From NCBI GenBank assembly GCA_043806035.1, contig JAZDHK010000001.1, positions 1-64,000 on the forward strand: 64,000 nt of DNA, written 5' to 3'. Positions 28,447 to 40,363 of the stretch are shown piece by piece; position 1 is the stretch's first letter; every line of letters begins with the position of its first letter. The translations under genes and the position numbers were made by a program. Source of the DNA: an archaeon (GTDB taxonomy: Archaea; Nanobdellota; Nanobdellia; Woesearchaeales; UBA9642). The notes below the pieces were generated by a model. It was given only the letters and a program-made list of their open reading frames with translations, was not told the DNA's origin and searched no databases.

Positions 28447-29046
28447 ATGAAAAACATTATGTTGTATGCGGGATTGGTGCTTTTGCTCTTTGCAGGCTTG
28501 TTTGTCGCAGGAGCCTTTGCGTCATCCTCGACAGGGATGGCAGATACTGCTACCGTCCAACGAGGGCCGCTTTTCAAGAACGGAGAACATGCGATGCTAG
28601 AGAATGATGCCACGAGAACCGCATTAGCGAACGCAGACTATACTGCATACCTCTCTGCCCTCGATGAGAGCTGGGCTGCATACAGATCGACAATCACCGA
28701 AGAAAAGTTCAATGCACTGGCAACCCAGTACCAGAAAAGAGAACAGCAAATGACTGCCATGCAAGATCACCAGCAAGCAGTACACGCAGCGATGGACGCT
28801 GGAGACTATGCAGCATGGAAGGCAGCCATGGAGAGTTCCCCACGGAATGCAGAACTAGACGTGATTACTGCAGACAACTTCGACACCTTTGTCGCCATGC
28901 ACGAGGCAATGCAAGACGGTGATGTCGACACTGCAAGAGCGCTTGCAGACGAGATGGGGATATTGCCTAGTGTTGGTAGTTTTGGGAAAGGTTTCGATGA
29001 ACATGCAGGCCAAGGATTCGGGAAGGGTCATGGCTTGCGTATCTAA
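28447..29046 (+). CDS. Secreted protein
   Basis: GGAGG RBS, signal peptide, repeated A-DY-A-W/Y helices. Confidence 0.7.
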   Translation: MKNIMLYAGLVLLLFAGLFVAGAFASSSTGMADTATVQRGPLFKNGEHAMLENDATRTALANADYTAYLSALDESWAAYRSTITEEKFNALATQYQKREQQMTAMQDHQQAVHAAMDAGDYAAWKAAMESSPRNAELDVITADNFDTFVAMHEAMQDGDVDTARALADEMGILPSVGSFGKGFDEHAGQGFGKGHGLRI

Positions 29047-29161
29047 TTTTTTTATTTTTTTTAATGTATTACTCCTGCGGAGTGTATTCCAGATATGGAT
29101 GATACATCCACACCATTTATAAGGAAAGTTATGCTCTTCCGCGGAAGATATGAGGAGGTAT

Positions 29162-29548
29162 ATGATGAACACAACATCCCTATTCCTGCTTTCCCTGGCT
29201 TTTTTGCTCTTAACGAGCTGTACTGCGAATACGCAAAGCAGTATAACGGGAGAGCCTCCAGTTGGAGGAGTGTATGCTGATGGATTCAATGGAACGAACA
29301 GGGAAATAAGCGATACTCCTGACCAAAATCCAGAAATGCGCAGAGGGAAAGTGACTGATGCAGAACGTCGGCAACAAATGGCGGATATGCAGCAGCAAGC
29401 AAAATCTGCATGCGAGGGCAAGACAGAAGAGGACGCGTGTGTGCTCGGAAGAGGAGAAGGCATCTGTATGTTAGAGAACGGACAATTGCTCTGCACGCCG
29501 AACTGGCAGAATGGCCCACAAGGAGAGCCTCCGGAGCGGCCGTCATGA
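29162..29548 (+). CDS. Lipoprotein
   Basis: GAGGAGG RBS, LLTSC lipobox, ACEGKTEEDAC motif. Confidence 0.7.
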   Translation: MMNTTSLFLLSLAFLLLTSCTANTQSSITGEPPVGGVYADGFNGTNREISDTPDQNPEMRRGKVTDAERRQQMADMQQQAKSACEGKTEEDACVLGRGEGICMLENGQLLCTPNWQNGPQGEPPERPS

Positions 29549-30255
29549 AACAAGAATCTGTTCTTCTTCGCTTCGAGGACGTCTGGAAGATATATCATAT
29601 GGGCGAGATTGATGTTCCCGCATTGAGAGGGATAAGTGTCGAGATAAGGAAAGGGGACTTTGTTGCTATCATTGGCGCGTCAGGATCGGGAAAGAGCACC
29701 ATGATGAATCTTATCGGTTGCCTTGACATGCCATCTAAAGGAAAAATCTTTCTTAAGGATAAGAACATATCCGTCCTGTCCGAGTCTGATCTTGCAACAT
29801 TGAGAGGAAGAACTGTTGGTTTTATCTTCCAACAATACAATCTCATTCCTTCCATCACCGCATTCGAAAATGTACTGCTACCGCTTGAGTTTCTCGAATA
29901 CAGTGATGCCGAGGCGGAGCAGCGTGCAAAGGATATTCTTGCGCTTGTCGGTCTTGCTGATAAGCTGCACAGCTTGCCAACACAGCTTTCTGGCGGCCAG
30001 CAGCAGCGCGTCTCCATTGCCCGAAGCCTCGTGAGCAATCCTGAAGTCATTCTTGCAGATGAACCTACAGGGGCGTTGGACAGCGTTACGGGTAGAGAAG
30101 TGCTTTCGCTGCTGAGCAAGCTCTGGCGTGAGCAAGGAAAAACCATCATCATGGTGACCCATGACTTGAACTTGGCAAAATATGCTCGGACGGTCATTGA
30201 ACTTAAAGATGGACAAATATTGCGACAGGTGCACAGTCGCGAGGTGAAAACATGA
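29545..30255 (+). CDS. ABC transporter ATP-binding protein (LolD/MacB type)
   Basis: GASGSGKST, LSGGQQQRV, ILADEPTG, VTHD. Confidence 0.93.
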   Translation: MKQESVLLRFEDVWKIYHMGEIDVPALRGISVEIRKGDFVAIIGASGSGKSTMMNLIGCLDMPSKGKIFLKDKNISVLSESDLATLRGRTVGFIFQQYNLIPSITAFENVLLPLEFLEYSDAEAEQRAKDILALVGLADKLHSLPTQLSGGQQQRVSIARSLVSNPEVILADEPTGALDSVTGREVLSLLSKLWREQGKTIIMVTHDLNLAKYARTVIELKDGQILRQVHSREVKT

Positions 30256-31628
30256 AAGAAATAATCTTGTTTCTGACATTGGCGTTGCTGCTGTCAACGA
30301 ATGCATTGGCTGCTACGGATAGCCTTTCCGTGAAAGACTCGGCAGCACTCTCGTTAAGTATCGTGAATACCAATCCATCCCCTCCCCGTGTGGGAGAGAC
30401 AGCTGACGTTCGTGTCAGTGTTGCAAACGTTGGCGGAAAACCTCTTGCCAACGTCATTATAGAGATTGTTCCAGCATATCCTTTCTCCATCGCATCTGGA
30501 GAATCATCCATGCAAGAGATAGGGAGCATATCCTCCTATCAAGGCTATTTGGATGATACATCGCTAAAGATCGTCAAGTTCAGGCTTGCTATTGACAAAT
30601 CAGCAACGGCGGGCACGTACGAACTGAAACTGAAATGTTATGACCAAGACCACACATATCTTTTTGAGAAGAGCCTCTCTCTCGACGTACAAGGAAGAGA
30701 GAGTGCAGAAATCATCCACATTGATAAGACAGTTCTTGTTCCAGGAGAACAAAGCAGTCTGAGCTTCACCATTAACAATGTGGGAAACGCGCCTCTCCGT
30801 GACCTGACTTTTTATTGGGAGAACGAGGAGAATATCATCCTCCCTGTCGGCAGCGACAACACGCGCTACATCAAGTATGTTGACGTCAATGAAGGCGTTG
30901 ATGTCGACTATCAAGTCATCGCTGACACGAATGCCGATGCAGGGCTCTATCCTCTTAATCTGTATCTCACCTATGCGGAAACGAACTCGGGTGAAGAGAA
31001 GACCATAACGACCATCGCGGGCATCTACGTTGGTGGAGGAACTGATTTTGATGTCGCATTTTCTGAGATCACGGGCAGCCAAGTGTCATTCACTGTCGCA
31101 AATGTAGGCAGCAATCCTGCATCCTCAGTGTCGGTCATCATCCCGCAACAGCAGGGATGGCTTGTTTCAGGATCGAATGCAATGATTGTCGGGAACCTCA
31201 ACACGGGAGATTATACGGTTGCAAGCTTCAGCCTCCAATCTATGCAGCGATCAAGCACAACTCCAAATGAGACGATGAGTCAGCAGGACATGCAACAGAG
31301 AAGCATATCCTCACAGAACACCGTAACGGTGAATATTGCCTACACGGACACGATGGGCAAGAGGCAGCTCATCGAGAAAACAGTAGCATTGAGCTTGAGC
31401 ACAGCCATGAATGCATCGCTACCAAGCATGTCCTCGTTCAGGGGGGCACGCCAGCAGAGCTTCTTCTCAACGTATAAATGGTATATTATCTTGTTCGTGG
31501 TGTTAGTCGTTGCAGTGCTTGCAGGCATATTCTACAGGAGACATAAGAAAGCGAAACTGCTCAACCCACACCAAGCATCAACCTCGTTTTTCAGGAAACA
31601 AGAGTCCTTGGAGAAAAAAAGAAAATGA
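30252..31628 (+). CDS. COG1361-like S-layer domain protein
   Basis: Signal peptide, repeated V-N-G beta-sandwich units, C-terminal TM; lies in the ABC operon. Confidence 0.78.
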   Translation: MKEIILFLTLALLLSTNALAATDSLSVKDSAALSLSIVNTNPSPPRVGETADVRVSVANVGGKPLANVIIEIVPAYPFSIASGESSMQEIGSISSYQGYLDDTSLKIVKFRLAIDKSATAGTYELKLKCYDQDHTYLFEKSLSLDVQGRESAEIIHIDKTVLVPGEQSSLSFTINNVGNAPLRDLTFYWENEENIILPVGSDNTRYIKYVDVNEGVDVDYQVIADTNADAGLYPLNLYLTYAETNSGEEKTITTIAGIYVGGGTDFDVAFSEITGSQVSFTVANVGSNPASSVSVIIPQQQGWLVSGSNAMIVGNLNTGDYTVASFSLQSMQRSSTTPNETMSQQDMQQRSISSQNTVTVNIAYTDTMGKRQLIEKTVALSLSTAMNASLPSMSSFRGARQQSFFSTYKWYIILFVVLVVAVLAGIFYRRHKKAKLLNPHQASTSFFRKQESLEKKRK

Positions 31629-32857
31629 AGCTGCGCAAGTGCTTCAAGCACGCGTTCGAGATGGTTCTGCACAGCAGACTAAGAAGCTGGCTGACCATCC
31701 TGGGCATCGTTATTGGCGTTGCAGCAGTCATTGCCATAACATCCATAGGCAGCGGTATGCAGCAACAAATGAGTGAACAGCTTGGAGGCCTTGGCGGTGA
31801 TCTCTTGACGCTGTCTGCGGGCTATTCGCGAGGATTCAGCATGTTCGGCCCGCCAGGTGAACGTGGTGGAGGAGGGGCTACAGCGACGGAAGAAGAACCC
31901 GTCCTCGACCGCACTGACGTGCAGGCATTGAAGGGGTTGCCTGAGATTGCACTCATCGATACCCAGATCAGAGGAACGGTGAAAGTATCCTATCTTGGCA
32001 AATCAGGCTCTGTATCACTAATCGGCGTCGACCAGAAAACCTGGTCAAGAATAACGACAGAGGCTATTGCTGAAGGCAGGATGCTTGACTCTGCAGACCA
32101 GAACGTCATTGTCATTGGAGGAAAACTGGCCAGTTCCTTTTTCGACAAGCCCGTAGGCATAAACCAAATGATTACTATTGAAAGCAACGTCTTCCGAGTT
32201 GTAGGCGTGCTTGATGATGACAGTACAACGATATACGCACCACTCGCCATGGCATACCAGGTGCTCGACGACAAAGAACAAGGCGTCTATGATTCCATTA
32301 TCATCAAGATCAAGGATGAGGGCCAATTGGACGAGACCATTAACAAGACAGAACAAAGACTCATGCTCGTCCGTCATGTCACTGCAAAGACCCAAGACTT
32401 CTCCATAACCTCAAGCAAGAAGATGCAAGAAACCCGTTCGGAGATGATGTCCTCCATGAATGCATTCTTGGTTGCTATAGCGGCAGTTTCCCTCATCGTC
32501 GGCGCTGTTGGCATAGCAAATACGATGTTCACCTCAGTGCTCGAGAAGACGAAAGAAATAGGCATCATGAAGGCAATAGGCGCAAGAAACAGGGACATTC
32601 TGACTATTTTCCTACTCAATGCTGCACTCATTGGCATGGTTGGTGGACTGTTGGGAGTGGTTTTTGGTATTGTGCTCTCTGGTGCATTGCCTGCACTCAT
32701 GGGGGAAACAGGCATGCTTCGAGGAGGGACATTCGTTTCCCTCCATGCAATACTTATGGCACTGTCCGTCTCTGTCATCATCGGCATCGCTGCAGGCATC
32801 ATCCCTGCATATCAAGCGTCAAAGCTCAAGCCAGTGGATGCGCTGCGATACGAATAA
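31625..32857 (+). CDS. ABC transporter permease (MacB/FtsX type)
   Basis: RSWLTILGIVIGV, EKTKEIGIMKAIGA, ASKLKPVDALRYE. Confidence 0.93.
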   Translation: MKLRKCFKHAFEMVLHSRLRSWLTILGIVIGVAAVIAITSIGSGMQQQMSEQLGGLGGDLLTLSAGYSRGFSMFGPPGERGGGGATATEEEPVLDRTDVQALKGLPEIALIDTQIRGTVKVSYLGKSGSVSLIGVDQKTWSRITTEAIAEGRMLDSADQNVIVIGGKLASSFFDKPVGINQMITIESNVFRVVGVLDDDSTTIYAPLAMAYQVLDDKEQGVYDSIIIKIKDEGQLDETINKTEQRLMLVRHVTAKTQDFSITSSKKMQETRSEMMSSMNAFLVAIAAVSLIVGAVGIANTMFTSVLEKTKEIGIMKAIGARNRDILTIFLLNAALIGMVGGLLGVVFGIVLSGALPALMGETGMLRGGTFVSLHAILMALSVSVIIGIAAGIIPAYQASKLKPVDALRYE

Positions 32858-32874
32858 CTGAGTATACATTTCTG

Positions 32875-34506
32875 TTATGCCAGTCCCAAACTCTCCACGA
32901 TGATCTTTGCATCGAATGGCGTTAGGTCGGCGTATTTCTGTCCATTGCCCAAGTACAGAATTGGCTTCTTCGTCACGAAACTGACAGAGATGGCAGCACC
33001 TCCCTTGTCATCGACATCTGCCTTTGTCAAAATGATGGCATCTATGCCCACTGCCTTGTCGAACTCCTTCGCCTGCTCCACACAATCATTGCCCGTTATG
33101 GACTCACCGACAAAAATCTTCAGGTCAGGAGTGTTGACCCTAACTACCTTCTTGAGCTCTTCTATAAGATTGGCATTGCTGTGCATCCTTCCTGCCGTGT
33201 CGATAAGCACCACATCGATATTCTTCGCTTTCGCATGAGCGACTGCGTCGAATGCCACCGCCGCAGGATCCGCATGGTAGTCATGCTTGATGAGCTTGAC
33301 GTTGAGACGGTTGGCATGTTCCTCCAATTGGTGAATGGCGGCTGCCCTGAACGTGTCCGATGCTGCCATGACGCAACTATGCCCTTCCTTCTGGATCATG
33401 TGCGCGAGCTTGGCCATGCTCGTCGTCTTCCCTGAGCCGTTGACGCCTATCATGACGATGACGTACGGCAGTTGCTGTTTCTTCTTCATTTTTATTTCTG
33501 CGATGATGTCTCGCTGCTCGACATCGAACAATTGAGTGATGCTCTCCTTGAGCGTCTCGCTGATAATCTTCTCCACGCTGTGCCGTGAGATCTTCCCTTG
33601 CGTGAGTTCCGCTTTCAAGTCCATCTTAATTTTTTCAATGACTTCCACAGCGACGTTGTTCTCCAGCATGATAATTTCTAGATCCCAGAATAACTCTTCG
33701 AACTTCTCTTCCTTGAGGGTTATCTTCGTGAATGCGTCGGCGATCTTGCCGAAGAACCCTTTCTTCTCTTCTTCTTCATGCACTTTTTCTTTTTTCTGCT
33801 CGTGCTCTCGCTTGAGCAGGGCTATTTTCTCTTCACGCTGTTTTCTCTGCTCTTCCTGCAATTTTTTTTCTTCACGATCGAGCTTCGCCTCTTCCTCAAA
33901 TGCATCGAGCTCTTCCTCGACCGCTTCTGCAGCAGGAGCAATTTCGTCGCTGGGCAACGTGATGGCATTGTGCTCTTCTTCCAGTTTTGCCGCGGCCTCT
34001 CCTTCCAGCACCTTCTCCTCGACTTCCTGATCGAGATCGTGAGCAATCTGCTCGTTCAGATCCTCCTCTGTCTTCCTGCCGAAGATGCGTGCAAAGAATC
34101 CTTTCTTCTCCCGCTCTTCCTCGACATTCTCATCTTTAGGAGCTTCAATTTCGATGTAGTCAGGAGATGTGTCTTCCTGTTTTTCTTCAACAGTGTCCAG
34201 CAGTTCTTGCGCAGAGGGCTGCTTTATTTCATGCGGGAGACACTCTGCTTTGAGCGGCTCTCCTTGCACGGCATTGATCAGCTCTTGCGCTGACGGCGCA
34301 GGTTTCTTTTCAGGATGCTTGCGAATGTCTGTATGTTTTTCTTCATGCTTTGGGGCTGTTTTCTCTTCGGGCTGCTTTATCGCCACGTGTTTCTTCTCAG
34401 GGGGTGTTTCCTCTTCGCTGACCTTCTCGACGGTCGCTTCTTTCTCCACTGCTTTCGTGAACTTGCCGAGCGTCTTTTTGAGCGCCTCCTTGAAGAATCC
34501 GAACAT
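32875..34506 (-). CDS. ftsY: SRP receptor FtsY with long acidic N-terminus
   Basis: GVNGSGKTT, DTFRAAA, DTAGR, TKAD, KGGAA. Confidence 0.95.
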   Translation of the reverse strand: MFGFFKEALKKTLGKFTKAVEKEATVEKVSEEETPPEKKHVAIKQPEEKTAPKHEEKHTDIRKHPEKKPAPSAQELINAVQGEPLKAECLPHEIKQPSAQELLDTVEEKQEDTSPDYIEIEAPKDENVEEEREKKGFFARIFGRKTEEDLNEQIAHDLDQEVEEKVLEGEAAAKLEEEHNAITLPSDEIAPAAEAVEEELDAFEEEAKLDREEKKLQEEQRKQREEKIALLKREHEQKKEKVHEEEEKKGFFGKIADAFTKITLKEEKFEELFWDLEIIMLENNVAVEVIEKIKMDLKAELTQGKISRHSVEKIISETLKESITQLFDVEQRDIIAEIKMKKKQQLPYVIVMIGVNGSGKTTSMAKLAHMIQKEGHSCVMAASDTFRAAAIHQLEEHANRLNVKLIKHDYHADPAAVAFDAVAHAKAKNIDVVLIDTAGRMHSNANLIEELKKVVRVNTPDLKIFVGESITGNDCVEQAKEFDKAVGIDAIILTKADVDDKGGAAISVSFVTKKPILYLGNGQKYADLTPFDAKIIVESLGLA

Positions 34507-34904
34507 CAGCCATCACCTGGTGTCAGAGAGGCATCGAGCTTTTGCGCCTGCTCTACAAGTTCGTTGAACTGCATAACCAGCTTTTCCTTGTACGCGGCCA
34601 TCTCCGCATGCTGCTTGAGGATGAGTATCTTGACGTCTTCGATGGACTTCTCGACGACGGTATTGCTGCCCACATTCACCAGCACGGACTCGCTGCCGAG
34701 CAGCGTCGCCTTGGCAAAGACCCCATTGATGACGCTCACCAGCAGCTCATCGCCTTTCTTGAGCTTGCTGAACTCGTCGATGTGTTTGAGCGTGCCTTGC
34801 ATCTCAGCAATTTGCTCGTCCACCTGCTGCAATGCCTGCTCGATCTGCTTCATCTGCAGGTCTATGGTCTGAATCTGGAAGATGTGTTCCTTGTTGAGTT
34901 CCAT
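34506..34904 (-). CDS. pfdA: Prefoldin alpha subunit
   Basis: ELLVSVINGVFAKA, VLVNVGSNTVVEKS; conserved aIF6-pfdA-ftsY order. Confidence 0.88.
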   Translation of the reverse strand: MELNKEHIFQIQTIDLQMKQIEQALQQVDEQIAEMQGTLKHIDEFSKLKKGDELLVSVINGVFAKATLLGSESVLVNVGSNTVVEKSIEDVKILILKQHAEMAAYKEKLVMQFNELVEQAQKLDASLTPGDG

Positions 34905-34905
34905 G

Positions 34906-35574
34906 CTATCCCTCCGTGAACCCGAATGCCTGTTCTGCATTGACGAGTTCTGGGCCTCCGGACATGGCGCCAATGACCAGACCGTGCCTGTTCACGAGTA
35001 CCCCGCTGCTGATATAGGCATTGCCGAAATTGACCGTGCCCGTGGTTATGGGCAACTTGAAGAGATCTGCGAGGAATGCGTACTCATCGTCGGTGATGTC
35101 GTGGCTGACGAGCATGCCTTTCCTGTTGTGGGCGGCCATACTGCCGATGCTGAACACGTCGGCAATCTTTGCCTGCTGCACGGGAATGTTAACGCTGTCT
35201 CTGATCTGCTGGACGAGCTCTTTGGGGAGTTCCTTATTAACTAAGGCGGCCTTGTCCGTCATGATGATGTTGTTGCCCAGGCAGGTGAATTTTGTCTTGA
35301 TGAGCTGGTAGGGGAGGTTGTACTGCTCGAGCCTTTTCAGCTCGTCTGGGAATGCGATGTCGGGTACGAGCAATGTGTGGTTGTTGCCCACAAGAAAGAC
35401 ACCCAGCATGGACGTTCCTGCAATGTTGAGCCGGTGAATGGGAACGTTGAGCTCCTTACCTATCTGCCTGGCTGCCTCTTCAGGCACGTCGTTGCCCAGC
35501 AGGCAATAGCTGTCCGTGCAGAACCCATACAGACCTATGTTGGGATTGCTGTAAAAGCTCAGGATGAGCGTCAT
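34906..35574 (-). CDS. eif6: Translation initiation factor 6 (aIF6)
   Basis: NPNIGLYG, IAGTSMLG, LGNNII, GTVNFG, SGPEL. Confidence 0.92.
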   Translation of the reverse strand: MTLILSFYSNPNIGLYGFCTDSYCLLGNDVPEEAARQIGKELNVPIHRLNIAGTSMLGVFLVGNNHTLLVPDIAFPDELKRLEQYNLPYQLIKTKFTCLGNNIIMTDKAALVNKELPKELVQQIRDSVNIPVQQAKIADVFSIGSMAAHNRKGMLVSHDITDDEYAFLADLFKLPITTGTVNFGNAYISSGVLVNRHGLVIGAMSGGPELVNAEQAFGFTEG

Positions 35575-35682
35575 GTGCAAGAGGGATTTATGGGGGTTTA
35601 AAAAGGTTTATGTTGGTTTGTGCTTTCAGAGAAGTCGCAAAATCTGAAAGATTATTAACTCAGAACTCTTTCTCTTTCGTAT

Positions 35683-36282
35683 ATGATTGATTTGTGTCTA
35701 ACGCTGAACAACATGCTGGACAACGTAGAAGAGTCTCGTCTTGTGCACTTTGACTGGATACTTCCTGCAGCGATCGTTGGCTGTCCTTCCCGTAGTGTTT
35801 GGAAGCCGCCGCAACGATATGACTTTCCGCCTGCTGATTACGAACCATATATTGATCTTTGGGCGCAATTCGTCATTGAGCACTATGCTGGCCTTGACGA
35901 GCTGATGACCTGTATTAGGGAAACAGTTGGAGGAAAACACGGTTCGTACATTTTGAGCATGGCGCTCGAGAATGCATTCTATCACGGCAACCAGAACGAT
36001 CCGACGCTGCCCGTCACCATAAAAGCGTTTCAGGGAATAAGAGGCGTCGTTGTTAGGATACGGGATAGTGGTGTGGGATTCGACTTCAAAAAGGCAGTCG
36101 AACAACTGAAACAGATTGAACACCAAAACATACCACTCTATCTGCATCCAGAACAGGTTCCTGAAAACATGCGTTTCTTCTCAAGAAAAGGCAGAGGATT
36201 CTACGCATTCATGTACTCTTCACCAATCATTTCTTTCGAGGCAAACGGAAGTGCCGTCAACATGCTGTATTTGAAGAAATAG
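35683..36282 (+). CDS. HATPase_c (RsbW/anti-sigma-like) domain protein
   Basis: ALENAFYHGN, IRDSGVGFD, GRGF. Confidence 0.75.
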   Translation: MIDLCLTLNNMLDNVEESRLVHFDWILPAAIVGCPSRSVWKPPQRYDFPPADYEPYIDLWAQFVIEHYAGLDELMTCIRETVGGKHGSYILSMALENAFYHGNQNDPTLPVTIKAFQGIRGVVVRIRDSGVGFDFKKAVEQLKQIEHQNIPLYLHPEQVPENMRFFSRKGRGFYAFMYSSPIISFEANGSAVNMLYLKK

Positions 36283-36395
36283 TCGACGTGCATGAACGAG
36301 ATCAATCATGAGAATGTTTTGCATGCTGTATTCATAATACGTGTGTAATTGAGTTGAAGCAAAAAGTATTTATTTGAAGAGGCATTCCTTTCTTC

Positions 36396-36761
36396 ATGGC
36401 AACCCTCGCAGACAAGGTGAAGTTAGGCTGGTATGGAACCCTTGCATTCTTGTGCCTTGGAGCACTCGGCGGCATGGCCGAATATGGCATGCAGGTAAAG
36501 AAATCCTGTGTTGTCGTGCACAAGAGCTACTGGGAGAGCACATTGCTGGGAGCGCAAGGCATCATCGTCGGCAAGGACTGTTCGGACACGATGGAGAACG
36601 AATACATCATGCTCCGCTTCGCTGGAGATGACGCGAAGAAGATGCTGACGACCATTCATGAAAAGGACACGCTGTCACTGAACCTGCCATACGAAGGCAA
36701 GGATTTCTCGCTTGGGCTTTCGCACATTGACAGCCTCAACCACAAAGAGTACAGACCGTAA
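36396..36761 (+). CDS. Hypothetical membrane-anchored protein
   Basis: N-terminal hydrophobic segment; host-like codons. Confidence 0.6.
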   Translation: MATLADKVKLGWYGTLAFLCLGALGGMAEYGMQVKKSCVVVHKSYWESTLLGAQGIIVGKDCSDTMENEYIMLRFAGDDAKKMLTTIHEKDTLSLNLPYEGKDFSLGLSHIDSLNHKEYRP

Positions 36762-36793
36762 ACATTAAATAGGCTTCTCTTTATAAATGAGAC

Positions 36794-37447
36794 ATGGCCT
36801 TTTGGGAAGTCATCCTTGCAGTGCTCGCCTACATTTGGCATCTCATCCTTTCCTGGCTCAACCTTTTCATCGCACCCATTCTTAACTTAGAGCTGATGTG
36901 GATCATCATTCCTATCTGGTTCTCCTGGTTTTTTGCTGAGTTCTTCCAGGAAAAGTCAGGCACGTCATATGGGAATGCCATCAGCAACGGCGTCGTCCCC
37001 GTCTTTGTAGGGCTTGACTGGACGAGATATCTTGTAAAGCTCATAACTGCAGGAGAGCTCATGTGGGGGTGGGAACTAGCAATAAAATTCTTCATCTGCT
37101 TCATCATCTTCGCGTATGGGCTTTCGGTCATCATCTATGGCATCAAAGCGAGGGCGTTCGTGCATTATTTCGGCAGGATTCGAGAAATAACGTACATACT
37201 CCTCATGATCACTCCGCTCATGTACGGCGTTGCCGAGCTGCACGGTGAGTTTTTCCTTGTCATCTTCCTCTTCTTTCCCATATGGTATTTCGTCATCGAA
37301 TGGATTGACAAAAAAATCCCCGATCCTCTTGCCGTGCGCAAAGACAGGGAAGACACAGAATCAGGACAGCCCTCTCCTTCATTTAGCCAACCTCCTCCCC
37401 AGACGAGCTTCCCTGACAAGAATCCTTTCCCTCCTTTTCCACAGTAA
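36794..37447 (+). CDS. Membrane protein
   Basis: Several TM segments, Pro-rich tail. Confidence 0.75.
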   Translation: MAFWEVILAVLAYIWHLILSWLNLFIAPILNLELMWIIIPIWFSWFFAEFFQEKSGTSYGNAISNGVVPVFVGLDWTRYLVKLITAGELMWGWELAIKFFICFIIFAYGLSVIIYGIKARAFVHYFGRIREITYILLMITPLMYGVAELHGEFFLVIFLFFPIWYFVIEWIDKKIPDPLAVRKDREDTESGQPSPSFSQPPPQTSFPDKNPFPPFPQ

Positions 37448-37479
37448 TATTTAAGAACTAGCACTGCAAGGAAGATTCC

Positions 37480-37782
37480 ATGAGACGACTGCTGCTCGCA
37501 CTGCTCCTGCTTGCTTTCCTTGCAGGATGTGCTTCAGACAATCCACCACAGTACGCATGCACAGAACACAGTGATTGCATGCTCGTCAAGGACAATGTCG
37601 CCCATAACCAGTGCTGCCTCTGGGAAGCCATCAACGCAAACTACGAGTCTTGGCATAAAGAAAAAGTTTCTGCACGGCTGATGTGCATCAAGCCCTGCCT
37701 GCTCGACCAGAACAGCGTTGAAGCGGGCTGCTTCAACAATGTCTGCGCGGTCGTTCATCTCAAGAATAGTACAGAAGAATAA
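37480..37782 (+). CDS. Small Cys-rich lipoprotein
   Basis: LAGC lipobox; CTEHSDC...CC...C..PC...CFNNVC. Confidence 0.72.
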   Translation: MRRLLLALLLLAFLAGCASDNPPQYACTEHSDCMLVKDNVAHNQCCLWEAINANYESWHKEKVSARLMCIKPCLLDQNSVEAGCFNNVCAVVHLKNSTEE

Positions 37783-37788
37783 AAAAAT

Positions 37789-39405
<1,617 letters not shown>

Positions 39406-39666
39406 TTAGAATTTTGCCAGGATATTCTTGAACTCGACGATGACAAACTTCTCGTTGCCTATCTCGATGTCCTCATTGTCATACCCGCCATACAGGACGT
39501 GGTCGCCTTTCTTCAGGGGAAGGTCCTTGCCGTCCTTCTGGCCGACGCTCTGGACAATTCCCTCTTTCTTCTCCTCTTTGGCGTTGTCGGGGATGTACAA
39601 TCCTCCTTGTGTCCGTTCTGCCTTTTCCAGCTTTTTGAGAATGACTCGTTCACCTATGGGTGTCAT
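39406..39666 (-). CDS. groES: Co-chaperonin GroES
   Basis: PIGERVILK, TQGGLYIPDNAKEE; GGAGG RBS; upstream of groEL. Confidence 0.93.
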   Translation of the reverse strand: MTPIGERVILKKLEKAERTQGGLYIPDNAKEEKKEGIVQSVGQKDGKDLPLKKGDHVLYGGYDNEDIEIGNEKFVIVEFKNILAKF

Positions 39667-39730
39667 GTTCTCGAACCTCCTTGCACGGGAAGAGGAATGC
39701 GGAGGCATTTAAGAAATTTACGCAGAATCA

Positions 39731-39864
39731 GGCTTCGTCCTCAGAGTCTCGTGCATCCCCGAGCGAAGCAATTCACGAACAATCCAGCTACGTGCCGACT
39801 CGTATGCGGACATCTGCATACTGTGTGTGCGGAGCGGGATGCGAAAGAGATTGAGGATGGAGCC
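39731..39864 (+). other. 134-bp self-complementary element flanked by a 9-10 bp direct repeat (MITE-like or structured ncRNA)
   Basis: GGCTTCGTCCTCA/TGAGGATGGAGCC termini, inner GCATCCC/GGGATGC, flanking (C)GCAGAATCA repeats. Confidence 0.55.
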
Positions 39865-39874
39865 GCAGAATCAC

Positions 39875-40276
39875 TCAATACTGACTTTTCTGATCACTGA
39901 CCTTCTTCGTCAAGCGGTTATACGCGTTTTTGATGATGTCCGTGAGCGATTTCATTCCCCTGATATTGATCAGCGCACCGACCTGGTTGCCTGTTTTGTT
40001 GAATAGTCCTATCTGGAGGACGGGAGCTTTTGTCGGCCCTGTCCTGTTGAACAGTCCTATCTGGACGAGCGGGCCATCGACCTCTTCTACATAGTTCATG
40101 AAGCCAGCCACCTCGAGCCCTTGTGCTCCGCCTTCAACATAATTGACGATGCCGGAAAGCATGAGGCCGTGATAGTCGGACCGGTGGTAGGCGACATTGC
40201 ATATCGCTGCAGGGGTGAAGCCTTGCGAGTTGTCATCATAACAGTTCACGATAAGGGGCAGTCCTTGGTAGCTCAT
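39875..40276 (-). CDS. Hypothetical repeat protein
   Basis: GLxxxGxxNY and VQIGLFN/LQIGLFN repeats. Confidence 0.65.
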   Translation of the reverse strand: MSYQGLPLIVNCYDDNSQGFTPAAICNVAYHRSDYHGLMLSGIVNYVEGGAQGLEVAGFMNYVEEVDGPLVQIGLFNRTGPTKAPVLQIGLFNKTGNQVGALINIRGMKSLTDIIKNAYNRLTKKVSDQKSQY

Positions 40277-40329
40277 ATTCTCACTGCTCTTCGTTAATGC
40301 ATTTGCGCATAAAAACCTTTCTGGCAAGA

Positions 40330-40354
40330 ACTGCCTTTTCGGAAGAAGGGCAGT
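40330..40354. terminator. Hairpin downstream of scpA
   Basis: ACTGCCTTTTC-GGAA-GAAGGGCAGT. Confidence 0.4.
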
Positions 40355-40363
40355 ATATTGCGC

